The notes below the pieces were generated by a model that was not told the DNA's origin, made no database searches, and saw nothing but the letters and a program-made list of their open reading frames with translations. This document shows positions 41,584 to 51,090 of a stretch of DNA of 64,000 nucleotides, in pieces (within the stretch, counting starts at the first letter, position 1; every line of letters starts with the position of its first letter). The position numbers and the translations under genes were made by a program. Origin of the DNA: an uncultured delta proteobacterium (GTDB taxonomy: Bacteria > Desulfobacterota > Binatia > Binatales > Binataceae); the NCBI GenBank assembly GCA_963724765.1, contig CAVRVY010000001.1, forward strand, positions 192,001 to 256,000, given 5' to 3'.

Positions 41584-41952
41584 ATGAAATTCAACGACCA
41601 AGAACTGGCTACGGTCCTTGCAGCGTTGCGCGTCTTTCAGAACTTGGACGACACCGACCGCGCCGCAATGGATCAGTTCTCCGACGAAGACCCGCTCACC
41701 GACGAAAAAATCGACGCGCTGGCAGAGCGGCTTAACATGGACGAGGCCGCCACTGTCGACGCGCTGGATGCGCTCGACGCAATCGCGACGGCTTTCGACC
41801 AGGCGCGTAATCGCGCCGGCAACCTGCAAGCTACGTTGGAAAGCGGCAACGCGCTCCGCGAGCTGGCGCTGCGGTACAAGGTCGGCGGTTCCCAGGACCC
41901 GATAGAACAGGTCGTGCAGGTCGCGCACGCGATCCTCAAACTCTATGTCTAG
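41584..41952 (+). CDS. Hypothetical acidic helical protein
   Basis: RBS GGAGGGGAG; protein-like composition; no family recognised. Confidence 0.55.
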   Translation: MKFNDQELATVLAALRVFQNLDDTDRAAMDQFSDEDPLTDEKIDALAERLNMDEAATVDALDALDAIATAFDQARNRAGNLQATLESGNALRELALRYKVGGSQDPIEQVVQVAHAILKLYV

Positions 41953-41959
41953 TGCAGTC

Positions 41960-42227
41960 CCCATCCGCCCAAGTGACGGTTACCTATCCATGCAACCTCA
42001 AACACGGAGCGTCCATGGACGAACGATATCGCTGAAATCGAGCGCCGCCTGGTCCACGCCGTGGGACCGAACACTTTCGAGCATCTCTGCGTTGCGCTCC
42101 TTCAATTGGAGCACCCGGAACATGTCTGCGCCCACGTCGGAGGAAGCGGCGACGGCGGCGTTGACGGTATCGGCGCTGATGCTACTGAGAAGGTCGTCGG
42201 GTTGCTGCAATGCAAGTGGGCCTATCG
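41960..42227 (+). pseudogene. Mrr-like restriction endonuclease fragment
   Basis: FEHLCVALL...VGGSGDGGVDGIG...QCK catalytic pattern. Confidence 0.6.
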
Positions 42228-42734
42228 GGTGCCATGTTGGCCAATGCTGGCGAGATGATTCCGCCCTGCGGAGTTCCCGCCTTGGTCGGCCATAGCGTTC
42301 GGCCTTTCCACGAATCCGGCCTTCAGCCACTTCCGGAGTATCGCCCTGTCCATTGGTACATGAGCGAGTAACCAGTCGTGACTGATATTATCGAAGCAGC
42401 CTCGGATGTCGCCCTCCAATATCCATTGAGCCGAACGCGGCTGGTTGAACAGGATTTGACATTCCATCATCGCATCCTGGGCCGAGCGTTTCGTCCGGAA
42501 TCCATAGGAGTTGGGGTCCGCCGTACATTCCGCGATTGGTTCCAGTGCGAGCAGATGGAGCACCTGCATTGCGCGGTCCCTCATCGTTGGAATCCCGAGC
42601 GGTCGCATCCTGCGGCTGCTTTTCGGGATGTATACCCGTCTCAGTAGGCACGGTTTATAACCGCGCTTTCTGAGCGATAACACTGCTTCGGATTTGGTGT
42701 CCGGTGTGGACATTCAGGCGACTTCGCGTCGCAC
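42228..42734 (-). mobile_element. ltrA: Group II intron remnant (5' end plus partial reverse transcriptase)
   Basis: 5' GTGCGACGCGAAGTCGCCTGAA at 42734; RRVYIPK, RPLGIPT.RDR, SYGFR, EGDIRGCFDNISHDWL, then GTPQG-like after a frameshift. Confidence 0.85.
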
Positions 42735-42869
42735 ATTGATGCTCCGGTAGGGCTTCTTCGATACCAGATTGCGCGGCAGTCCGGTCGAGATCCACGGCCT
42801 GCGCCACGGCACTATTCCTTGTTCGAGCACGTTCACGATCTTCTCGGTCACGATTTCGTAAACCTTCAT
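42735..42869 (-). pseudogene. ardC: ArdC antirestriction protein N-terminal fragment
   Basis: MKVYEIVTEKIVNVLEQGIVPWRRPW...PRNLVSKKPYRSIN; too short for the ORF track. Confidence 0.75.
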
Positions 42870-43354
42870 GTCCGTAATCTCCGATTGCGGTTTAGATGGT
42901 TTGGGGGAGAACCGCTTGCGCGGCTCTCCCCGGGTTGGTCGGTTAGAACGGAATGTCGCCGGAAGGTTCAGCCTTGGGCGCGTCGCCGTTGGCGCGTTTG
43001 CCGAACAGGCGGAGTTGCGGCGCCACGATTTCGGTGGTGCAAGCGAGAAATTCGCCCAAAAGGCGCGAGTAGGCGTTGTGCGGAAAAACGCGACCGCCCC
43101 GACGGCCAGGGCGGTCCGCGCGAGACCCGGCCTGCACGTGCCTCCGGTTCCTAGATGAATGCGGGCGCGTTCTATCCAACGTCACCTCTAATGTCGGTCC
43201 TTCAATCGGGTCGCGACATGTGCGCCAATCATCGCAGACGACGCCACGGGTAGGAGCTATATGAACCGCATGTACGATCTGACGATCAACTCAAACCGGA
43301 CCCAGTGGACCACCATCGACTGTCTAGAGGAAAGTCCTAAGTTTTACACGCCAA

Positions 43355-44566
43355 TTAATCCCCTTGATTAATAGGAACCATCGGCTGCACCTCTTTGCGG
43401 TCGAGCCGAAGCTCGAAGATGCTCGCCTCGGATAGGCAGTAGTCGCTCGGCGGATGATGGATGGTCGCGGTCACGCCGTCGCGGAAGAGCAGCTCGAGCT
43501 TGCCGCCCTTGAAGAGCGCATGGGCTCCGCCCATCTCCAGACACGAACGTGTTACCGCCGCCACGGTCTCGCCCACGAAATACTTGGTCTTAAAATAGTT
43601 CGCCGTCACACGCGGCGTTTGCCCCTCCCGATCGAGGGACCAGGCACATTCACGAACCATCAGGCGCCCGGCATCGATTTGGGCGGCGGCCTTAGCGATG
43701 CGCCTGCGGATGTCGGGATGGTAAGCGAGTGATTGCTTGTATCCCTTGGGCAGCCGCCTATGGACCGCCTCCTTGGCCACCTCCAACGCTCCCACGGCGA
43801 TCCCCAAATAGACGGCGGTGTATGGCAGGTTGTAGAGCGGTTCGCTGTCGGAGACGAATTTGCCGGCGTTGGGAATTTCGCAGTACAGCCCCTCCTCGGG
43901 CACGAAGACGTCTTCCAGCACCATGTTGTCGCTTCTGGTCGCGCGCATTCCCAACGTATTCCAGTTGCGTTCGAAGCGGATTCCTGGCAGTCGGGGGGAA
44001 ATCAGGAAACTCAGCGCCGCCTCGGGATCGTCGGATTCCTGCGGATGGGCGAAAATATTTATCACGTCCGCGGATTGGGCCATCGTGCAAAATCCCTTAG
44101 TGCCATTGAGTAGCCAACCGCCGTCTACCCTGCGGGCCTGGGTCGAGCAGGCGAATGTGGAAGGAAGCAGACCGGTCGTACCCGGCTCCGAGAGGATCGC
44201 TGCCAGTAATTTGTTCGGCCTTACGATCAGGTCGCCGAATCTTTGCTTGTAGCTCTCGGCGAAGTCGGCCTTCATGAGATAGGCGGCTTGCGTGGCGATG
44301 TGCATGTTGAAAGAGACCGCCGTCGACGGGCATCCCTGAGCGAGTTCCTCTGCCGCGATTACCCATCCCAGTACCCCTGCGCCGCTGCCCCCATACTCCC
44401 TCGGGGCGCACAATTGGCAAAAGCCCGCCTCCTTGAGCTTGGCGTAGTTCTCGGTCGTGTGGGAAGTTTCCTGGTCGTGTTGTGTCGCCCGAGTGGCGAA
44501 ATCAGCGGCCAGGTCTTTTGCCAGATCCTTTATGCGTTGTAGTTCGGGATCGAGCGTGAAATCCAT
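43355..44566 (-). CDS. Acyl-CoA dehydrogenase superfamily flavoprotein
   Basis: EELAQGCPSTA, SEPG, WLLNGTKGF, WNTLGMRATRS, LFRD. Confidence 0.88.
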   Translation of the reverse strand: MDFTLDPELQRIKDLAKDLAADFATRATQHDQETSHTTENYAKLKEAGFCQLCAPREYGGSGAGVLGWVIAAEELAQGCPSTAVSFNMHIATQAAYLMKADFAESYKQRFGDLIVRPNKLLAAILSEPGTTGLLPSTFACSTQARRVDGGWLLNGTKGFCTMAQSADVINIFAHPQESDDPEAALSFLISPRLPGIRFERNWNTLGMRATRSDNMVLEDVFVPEEGLYCEIPNAGKFVSDSEPLYNLPYTAVYLGIAVGALEVAKEAVHRRLPKGYKQSLAYHPDIRRRIAKAAAQIDAGRLMVRECAWSLDREGQTPRVTANYFKTKYFVGETVAAVTRSCLEMGGAHALFKGGKLELLFRDGVTATIHHPPSDYCLSEASIFELRLDRKEVQPMVPINQGD

Positions 44567-44752
44567 CGTCTTGAACACTCCTACAAGCTCATGACTTATG
44601 CCGAACCGTTTCTAAAGTTATCGGCAAGCGATAAATTCTCTTCACACGTATGACGCCAGCACTTCGCTGACCGCACCCAAGGCTACTCTGCGGGGGAATC
44701 GCACCACTTAAAGCCTTTACGCGCCGCTGCAGCTCGCTGCAGGCAGCGGTTG

Positions 44753-45222
44753 TCAAAGCGTTATTCCATGAATTTGCGATTGCTCCAGGGGCTTGTCGAA
44801 GGAGGTGGCGAGATACTGGAGAAAGCGAAGCCGCTCATACTTCCATTGTCCGTTCACGCGCACGTACTGGTCTTCGTAACGCCCCGCCAGCCAGCCGGGC
44901 CCGCCCTCTACGAAACTCACCGGCTCGAAGATATACCAGCGGCCGGTGGCGCGATCGCCGTCGACTTCGATCAGTGGGTTCATCACTTGGTGCATGGCGA
45001 AACAAAGCAGCCCTGCGCGACTTTCGCGAAGAAGTTACGAATCGCCTCGCGTCCGTCGAAGCGGCCGAATTCACCACCGTCCCAGACACCGTTTTCGACG
45101 AAGCAGTTAGCGATACCGTCGGTGTCGTAACTGGCGTCGCAGAGATAGCAATAGTGGGCCTTGAGCTCCTTGATCGCCTCGATGTCCTCGAGCACTTGAA
45201 TTCTTCGCGCCAGATCGTCCAT
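44753..45222 (-). pseudogene. NTF2/SnoaL-like (LinA/BaiE-type) protein with single frameshift
   Basis: LEDIEAIKELKAHYCYLCD...GREAI, then HQVMNPLIEVDGDRATGRW...GRYEDQY; shift near 45010. Confidence 0.75.
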
Positions 45223-45225
45223 CGC

Positions 45226-46233
45226 TCACTCCTGCTTGGTTTTGATGCCAGCGGCCGCCGGCAAGACTGATTTGCCGAAGCGTTCCATTTGGGCCATGAA
45301 GTCGCTGACGGTAGCCGCTTGCACGTCGAGGTGAAGTCCGCAGAATGAGTAACCGCATTCCCCCAATTGCTCCAGGTCGGCGATCAACTCATCGGGATTG
45401 CCGGTCAGGAATGTCCGTGCCGCCCTCGTCGAACGGTTCTCCGTAACGCCGCACATGACCAGTGCCATCATTGGAAAGGCGCTGACATCGCGGCCCATCT
45501 TCGCACCCTCTTCGCGCACCATATTGGTAAGCTCGCGGAAGGCCTCGGGACCCGAACGCGGGTCGGTGACGATCGGATAGAGCCCGTCGCAATAACGCAC
45601 CGCGCGCCGGATACCGATCCGGCTAACCCCGCCGTAAATGATCAGCGGACGAGGCTTCTGCACCGGTTTGGGGTCGACTGAGACTTCCTCGAAGTCGTAG
45701 AAGCTCCCCTGATAGGCCACCCATGGCTCGGTCCATGCTCGCTTATAGATCTCGATGCACTCTTCGGTCATCCGGCCGCGGTCCGCGAAGGAAACTCCCA
45801 GCGCATCGAATTCTTCGCTGCACCATCCGGGACCAACCGCCATGATCAGGCGGCCGCCCGACAACACGTCGACCGTGGCAAACTGGCGCGCGTCGCTCAA
45901 CGGATGGCGGTAGGGCGAGATCAGCACAGACGGCGCGAGCTTGATTCGGTTGGTTTTTGCTGCCACCGCGCCCATCGTGACAGCCCCGTCGAGCATGTTG
46001 GGCCGCTCCGGGTAGGCGTTGCGCCCCGATTCGGTATTGACCAGATGGGCCGATTCGGTCTCGCGTGGCATGGCTACGTGATCGGGGAACCAGAGCGAAT
46101 GATAGCCGAACTCCTCGGCGCGCTGCGCAATCTCGATCAGCGGTAGCTTCTCAGCGGGCACCTTTCGAATAAAAATGTCGCGGCCCTGGCGAGTCAGCAA
46201 GCCGTGGGTCGGCATATTTAATCCGATGTCCAT
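45226..46233 (-). CDS. LLM-class (probably F420-dependent) oxidoreductase
   Basis: AEEFGYHSLWFPDHV, ATVDVLSGGRL, EEFDALG, PKPVQKP. Confidence 0.88.
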   Translation of the reverse strand: MDIGLNMPTHGLLTRQGRDIFIRKVPAEKLPLIEIAQRAEEFGYHSLWFPDHVAMPRETESAHLVNTESGRNAYPERPNMLDGAVTMGAVAAKTNRIKLAPSVLISPYRHPLSDARQFATVDVLSGGRLIMAVGPGWCSEEFDALGVSFADRGRMTEECIEIYKRAWTEPWVAYQGSFYDFEEVSVDPKPVQKPRPLIIYGGVSRIGIRRAVRYCDGLYPIVTDPRSGPEAFRELTNMVREEGAKMGRDVSAFPMMALVMCGVTENRSTRAARTFLTGNPDELIADLEQLGECGYSFCGLHLDVQAATVSDFMAQMERFGKSVLPAAAGIKTKQE

Positions 46234-46652
46234 CAGCGTGCCTCCTTTGAACCGAAAGGGGCGGCATCGGCGAGGTCGCTCCGGCCGACATTTCGTCGAT
46301 CGATGCGCCTCTTGTTCGGATTGTAGCGATAGACCTTTGCTATGGTTGGCATGAGCAAGGCGTCGAATTGTGCCAGTGCCCGATCGTAGATGTGGTTGAG
46401 CGGGGCACCATGGACGCTGATCTCACCGCCGGCAGCGAATGTAAAATCATCCATGTTAACAATCGCGACGATCCCAGCAGCGGCATCGAGAATGAGGGTG
46501 ACGATGGTAGCCACGAGGTCAGGAACATGACCTTCGAGTACGAGCGAGCCACACATCATCGGCGCTCCAGCGATAGACATTGTCCTTGAGGGTGAAGGAG
46601 TTGGCCTTGCGGCTTGGCGCAGGTCTTGCCCTGTCGGAATGCTCAAGACCAT
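46233..46652 (-). pseudogene. Amidase remnant (internally deleted)
   Basis: IAGAPMMCGSLVLEGHVP...ATIV...NMDDF...YDRALAQFDALLMPT. Confidence 0.65.
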
Positions 46653-46689
46653 CGGGATCCTTTGCAGTTCGGCCTGCGCTTTCTTGGCC

Positions 46690-47433
46690 CTATAAGGCCT
46701 GATTACCCTCGCGCTTCATCTCTCTTGTCTTGCGCAGCTCCGATTGACGCCCAACAATCTCTTTGGCCAACGCTACTAGCGCTGTGCGCAGTTGCTGTTT
46801 GAAGCGATGGCCGAGGTTAATCGCAACCGGATCGATCTGATGATCCACGAAACAGCCGTTAGTAAAGGAGAGAGCGAAATTGCCCAACTCATCACTGATC
46901 GATTCGGAGGGCTCGCTACCAAGAGATATAACCAGTGACTCGATCGCGGGCCTGAACTTGTTCACGGCAGCGCAGCGCACCTGGCGAATCGTTTCCGCAG
47001 CCTTGCGACCAATACGCGCGCGATCCATGTATAGTGTCAGCTGCAACCGGAGCAGCTCGGGCCGGCGCTTCAGTTCATGAGCGATAATGTCGAGCATCCG
47101 GTCGAGCTTGACTTCGAACGAGCCGTCCAGGTCTTCCCAGTCGGGAATCAAATCGAGCCAGCGCGAGGCGCCCTCCGCGGCAACGGTGGCGAGCAGGTGC
47201 TGCTTGCTGTCGAAGTGCCAATAGAGGGAACTTGTGGGAAGACCTGAGAGCCGGGCTATTGCACCCATGCTGGTGCCGACATAGCCTTTTTCGGCCAACA
47301 GCCTGGAAGCGACTCTTCTAATCCGCTGGCGCGAGCGATCGCCGAGTTCCACCCGCCGATTGCGTGTGGCGCTCGTGCGCCGCGACCGCTCGCGCCTGCT
47401 GAAAGCAGCACTCTCTGTAGTTTGCACTGCCAT
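46690..47433 (-). CDS. TetR/AcrR family regulator
   Basis: LLAEKGYVGTSMGAIA...SSLYWHFDSKQHL. Confidence 0.9.
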   Translation of the reverse strand: MAVQTTESAAFSRRERSRRTSATRNRRVELGDRSRQRIRRVASRLLAEKGYVGTSMGAIARLSGLPTSSLYWHFDSKQHLLATVAAEGASRWLDLIPDWEDLDGSFEVKLDRMLDIIAHELKRRPELLRLQLTLYMDRARIGRKAAETIRQVRCAAVNKFRPAIESLVISLGSEPSESISDELGNFALSFTNGCFVDHQIDPVAINLGHRFKQQLRTALVALAKEIVGRQSELRKTREMKREGNQAL

Positions 47434-47467
47434 TTGACCCGCACGCTATCACAGCGAACCTATAAAG

Positions 47468-47498
47468 CACAATCGTTCTATACCGATCGTTCCGGATA
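47468..47498. promoter_or_regulatory. Candidate TetR operator
   Basis: ATCGTTC twice (47472, 47486) and near-palindrome TACCGATCGTTC just upstream of the TetR gene. Confidence 0.35.
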
Positions 47499-47716
47499 GA
47501 CAATTCGCTCCGGACGGTTTAAATCGAAATGCGCCTGATCCGCTATTTTGACTGTTGCTTTCTAATTGCCGTGTAGACTGAACGGCCTTCCTCTGCAAGG
47601 TGAGAGCGCCAGAGAGAAAATCCCTCACTGAAGCAGCCGGATAGACCGGTTGCACCGGAGTAAAAATCCGGCAGCAATAGCCCATTTGCCGTGGAACGGC
47701 AGAGGTGGGCGGAGGG

Positions 47717-49216
47717 ATGAAGCGGGTGGAACTATACGCGCAGGTTCGACGAGCGGTTTACGTGGAGGGGCTGAGTCGGCGGGAAGCAGCACGGCGCTTT
47801 GGGATCGACCCGCGGACGGTGGCGAAGATGCTGGCGTTCTCGGTGCCGCCTGGTTATCGACGGAGCCGGCCGCCGGCGCGGCCCAAGCTGGATCCGTTTG
47901 TCGGGATTATCGACCGGATCTTGGAAGAAGATAAGTTACGCCCAGCCAAGCAGCAGCACACGGCGAAACGGATTTTCGAGCGGCTGCGCGATGAGCATGG
48001 GTATGACGGCGGGATCTCGATCGTAAGGGCTTACGTACACGAGCATCGCCAGCGGCTGCGCGAGATGTTCGTGCCACTGCACCATGATCCTGGACACGCG
48101 CAAGTCGACTTCGGTGAAGCGCTCGCGGTAATCGCAGGTGAGGAGTGCAAGATCCACTTCTTCGCGATGGACTTGCCGCACAGCGATGCTTGTTTGGTGC
48201 AGGCCTATCCGGCGGAGAGCACCGAGGCCTTCTGCGAAGGTCACAACGTCAGCTTCGAGTTCTTTGGCGGAGTGCCGCGTTCGATCCTCTACGACAACAC
48301 CAAGCTGGCGGTGGCGCGCATACTCGGAGATGGCACCCGTAAGCGCACCAAGGTCTTCAGTGAGCTGCAGTCCCACTCTCTGTTCGCCGATCGCTTCGGG
48401 CGGCCGGGCAAGGGTAACGATAAGGGCAAGGTCGAGGGGTTGGTCGGCTATGCGCGGCGCAACTTCATGGTGCCGATCCCGCGCGCACTCAGCTTCGCTG
48501 AGCTAAATGAGCAGTTGCTGGAGTGCTGCCGCCGTCGTTTGAAGGATCGGCTACGTGGTCATGATGACACCATCGGCGAGCGGCTGGTGAAGGACCGTGA
48601 GGCTCTCCTGCCGCTGCCGCCCGCACCCTATGATGCGTGCGAAAAGAGGCCCGCCTGGGTCAGCTCGTTGTCGCTGGTGCGCTACCGCGGCAACAACTAC
48701 TCAGTGCCAAGCGCATACGGTCACCGCGAGGTGCTGGTCCGAGGTTACGTCCACGAAGTTGTGATCGCCTGTGCAACCGAGGAGATCGCCCGGCACGCTC
48801 GTTCCTACGAGCGCGAGGACTTCGTGTTCAACCCACTGCACTACCTGGCCCTGCTGGAGCGGAAGATCGGCGCGCTGGACCAGGCCGCGCCGCTGGTCGG
48901 CTGGGAACTACCTGAAGAGTTCGCAACGCTGCGCCGGCTGCTCGAAGCGCGCCTGCGCAAGCCCGGTAAGCGGGAGTTCGTTCAGGTCCTGCGCTTGCTC
49001 GAGGTGTTCGGTCTCGAAGACGTGGTCGCAGGAGTTCGAGAAGCGATCGATCGCGGAGTGATTAGCTTCGACGCGGTCAAGCATCTCGTGCTGTGCCGCA
49101 TCGAACGGCGCCCACCGCGACTCGACCTGAAGATCTATCCCTATCTGCCACAGGCGACTGTGAGCACCACCTCGGCCCGATCCTACCTGAGCCTGATGGC
49201 GGGAGCAGGTTCATGA
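47717..49216 (+). CDS. istA: IS21 transposase
   Basis: HTAKRIFERL, AQVDFG, ILYDN, NDKGKVE. Confidence 0.93.
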   Translation: MKRVELYAQVRRAVYVEGLSRREAARRFGIDPRTVAKMLAFSVPPGYRRSRPPARPKLDPFVGIIDRILEEDKLRPAKQQHTAKRIFERLRDEHGYDGGISIVRAYVHEHRQRLREMFVPLHHDPGHAQVDFGEALAVIAGEECKIHFFAMDLPHSDACLVQAYPAESTEAFCEGHNVSFEFFGGVPRSILYDNTKLAVARILGDGTRKRTKVFSELQSHSLFADRFGRPGKGNDKGKVEGLVGYARRNFMVPIPRALSFAELNEQLLECCRRRLKDRLRGHDDTIGERLVKDREALLPLPPAPYDACEKRPAWVSSLSLVRYRGNNYSVPSAYGHREVLVRGYVHEVVIACATEEIARHARSYEREDFVFNPLHYLALLERKIGALDQAAPLVGWELPEEFATLRRLLEARLRKPGKREFVQVLRLLEVFGLEDVVAGVREAIDRGVISFDAVKHLVLCRIERRPPRLDLKIYPYLPQATVSTTSARSYLSLMAGAGS

Positions 49217-49989
49217 GCGATACGCCCCAGGTTCTGCTCACCCATTACTTGAAAACACTCAGATTGCCCACCTTTTTGCGCGAGTATGACAAGTTGGCGC
49301 GCCAATGCGCCGGCGAGGATGTCGACTATCCTCGCTACCTGTTGCGCCTGGCCGAGCTGGAGATGATCGAACGGGAACGCCGGACCATCGAGCGGCGAAT
49401 CAAGGAAGCCAGGTTCCCGGCGGTCAAAAGTCTCGATAGCTTCGAATTCGCAGCGCTCCCCTCGCTCAACAAGACGCTAGTGCTGGAACTGGCCCGCTCG
49501 GAGTATATCGCGCGCCGCGAGAACATCATCGCGGTCGGCAACAGTGGCACCGGCAAGACTCATGTGGCTCTCGGGCTAGGTCTGGCCGCCTGCCAGAAGG
49601 GTCTCGCGGTCGGCTTCACCACCGCTGCCGCTTTGGTCAACGAGCTGCATGAAGCGCATGATGAGAAGCGTCTGCTGCGCCTCCAACGTCAACTCGCCGG
49701 CTACAAGCTTCTGATCGTGGATGAACTCGGCTACGTCCCGCTCTCCCCAACTGGTGCAGAGTTACTGTTCGAAGTCTTCAGCCAGCGCTACGAGCGCGGC
49801 TCGATCATCGTTACCAGCAATCTGCCGTTCGATGAGTGGACCAGCGTGTTCGGCTCCGAGCGCTTAACCGGCGCACTGCTTGATCGTCTTACCCACCACG
49901 TTCACATCCTCGAGATGAACGGTGACAGCTTCAGGCTCAAACACAGCAAGCGCCGCATCAGTGACGATCAACCGCGAGAATCCGGCTAA
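49213..49989 (+). CDS. istB: IS21 helper ATPase
   Basis: GNSGTGKTH, LIVDELGY, TSNLPF, LLDRLTHH. Confidence 0.93.
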   Translation: MSDTPQVLLTHYLKTLRLPTFLREYDKLARQCAGEDVDYPRYLLRLAELEMIERERRTIERRIKEARFPAVKSLDSFEFAALPSLNKTLVLELARSEYIARRENIIAVGNSGTGKTHVALGLGLAACQKGLAVGFTTAAALVNELHEAHDEKRLLRLQRQLAGYKLLIVDELGYVPLSPTGAELLFEVFSQRYERGSIIVTSNLPFDEWTSVFGSERLTGALLDRLTHHVHILEMNGDSFRLKHSKRRISDDQPRESG

Positions 49990-50171
49990 CACCACTAACT
50001 CCAACCCACAAAGCTAGATCTTTTCGACACAGTAGCGAGGGGGTGATCCCCCTCGCGCTCCCCCTGCCAGACGTCAACCTACCTGCCATCGGCTTATCCA
50101 AATGATGGACTTTTGCTCTGGCGCGCTGATGTACTTTCACTCCGGTGTTGACACATCGCTCTGTTTCCACA

Positions 50172-50573
50172 TCAGTCCTCCTCGACCGGGGATCCGTAAG
50201 CGCCACTTGGGCTGCCGCTTTCTCCCGATCCTCGCGAGTCTGGGACGGTAAACAACCCATCTGCAGCGGCGGGCGTCTCGGGCTTTCGGAGGACGGAAGT
50301 TGGTACGAATCGAGGACGATCGGTGCCTTCAACGTTGATGTCGCGTAGCGCAAGACGCCTCATTCGTGCGGTAACAAGGCCAACGGTGACCGGCGGATCG
50401 GTTCGGTGCCGAGTAGGCGAACAGGATTCGAACCTAACCTTGATATGAGGCAGGCCCATGATTGTTTCGATTCCCTCGACTATCCCAAGCCACCAACGGC
50501 CCCTACCAAAACGAACAATCCACACCCAGACCGGTGTCCCCAGTTTCAATTCCTTAACCTCGGACGGCTCCAT
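50172..50573 (-). CDS. Second PWWP/Tudor-like hypothetical protein
   Basis: Paralog of 33746-34192 (LGTPVWVWIVRFGRGRWWLG...RHRTDPPV...DRPRFVPTS). Confidence 0.7.
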   Translation of the reverse strand: MEPSEVKELKLGTPVWVWIVRFGRGRWWLGIVEGIETIMGLPHIKVRFESCSPTRHRTDPPVTVGLVTARMRRLALRDINVEGTDRPRFVPTSVLRKPETPAAADGLFTVPDSRGSGESGSPSGAYGSPVEED

Positions 50574-50623
50574 TCGTTCTCCACAACCAGGGTATCTGTT
50601 GGCGCTGTGATTGGAATCCTCAG

Positions 50624-50810
50624 TCAAAGCTCGAAGGCCGCCGCCAAAGTCTCGCGCTGGACTTCGAGTTCGCGAAGCAGATTCGCATCGATCCGGTCGA
50701 AGAGTTCCTCCTGGGAGCGAAGCTCAGCGGCCCATTCATCGCGTTTTATGGCAAGTACCGTATCGAGGCGTGGAGCTGTAATATCCAGTCCGGCAGAATC
50801 CAGCATCGTG
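50624..50810 (-). pseudogene. pckG C-terminal remnant
   Basis: AGLDITAPRLD...EWAAELRSQEELFDRIDANLLRELEVQRETLAAAFEL matches the end of PckG at 34247. Confidence 0.85.
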
Positions 50811-50863
50811 CTTGTGATGAAGTCCAAGAGGCGAGCTCGAAATTCAAAGCCATCTAATTCGTG

Positions 50864-50879
50864 AGCATCAGCCGTGCCA
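50864..50879 (-). promoter_or_regulatory. Sigma-54 promoter-like site
   Basis: TGGCAC-GGCTG-ATGCT on the minus strand. Confidence 0.55.
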
Positions 50880-51090
50880 TAGCCACGCTCCCGGTTCGCC
50901 GTCGGCCTCGGACGACAGGCTATGGCCGAACTTCTCTCCCAATTCGTACAGACGCAGCGATTGTGCTGTAGCTTCAGGCGTCAGATGTATCGACACACTG
51001 ATGCTTAAGGCGACAGATCAATGGAGCGAAAGAGCCCGTAGGGAGACGCCACAGCGGAGCCTCGGCAGAGAATTAATCAGACGGGATTCC

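Larger units (their letters stand above)
47647..50153 (+). mobile_element. IS21-family element
   Basis: istA-istB pair; ends CGGTTGCACCGGAGTAAAAAT / ACTTTCACTCCGGTGTTGACA; no target duplication. Confidence 0.9.

Noticed and set aside
42228-42734. RT considered as a retron, DGR or defence RT
   Set aside because: Motifs and the GTGCG start fit a group II intron; it is truncated, and no TR/VR pair or msr-msd is seen.
43230-43352. Possible IS256-like 3' end (TGRSYMN..., AAGTTTTACACGCC); similar GCGTGTAAACTT near 30440
   Set aside because: Too short and no transposase body to support it.
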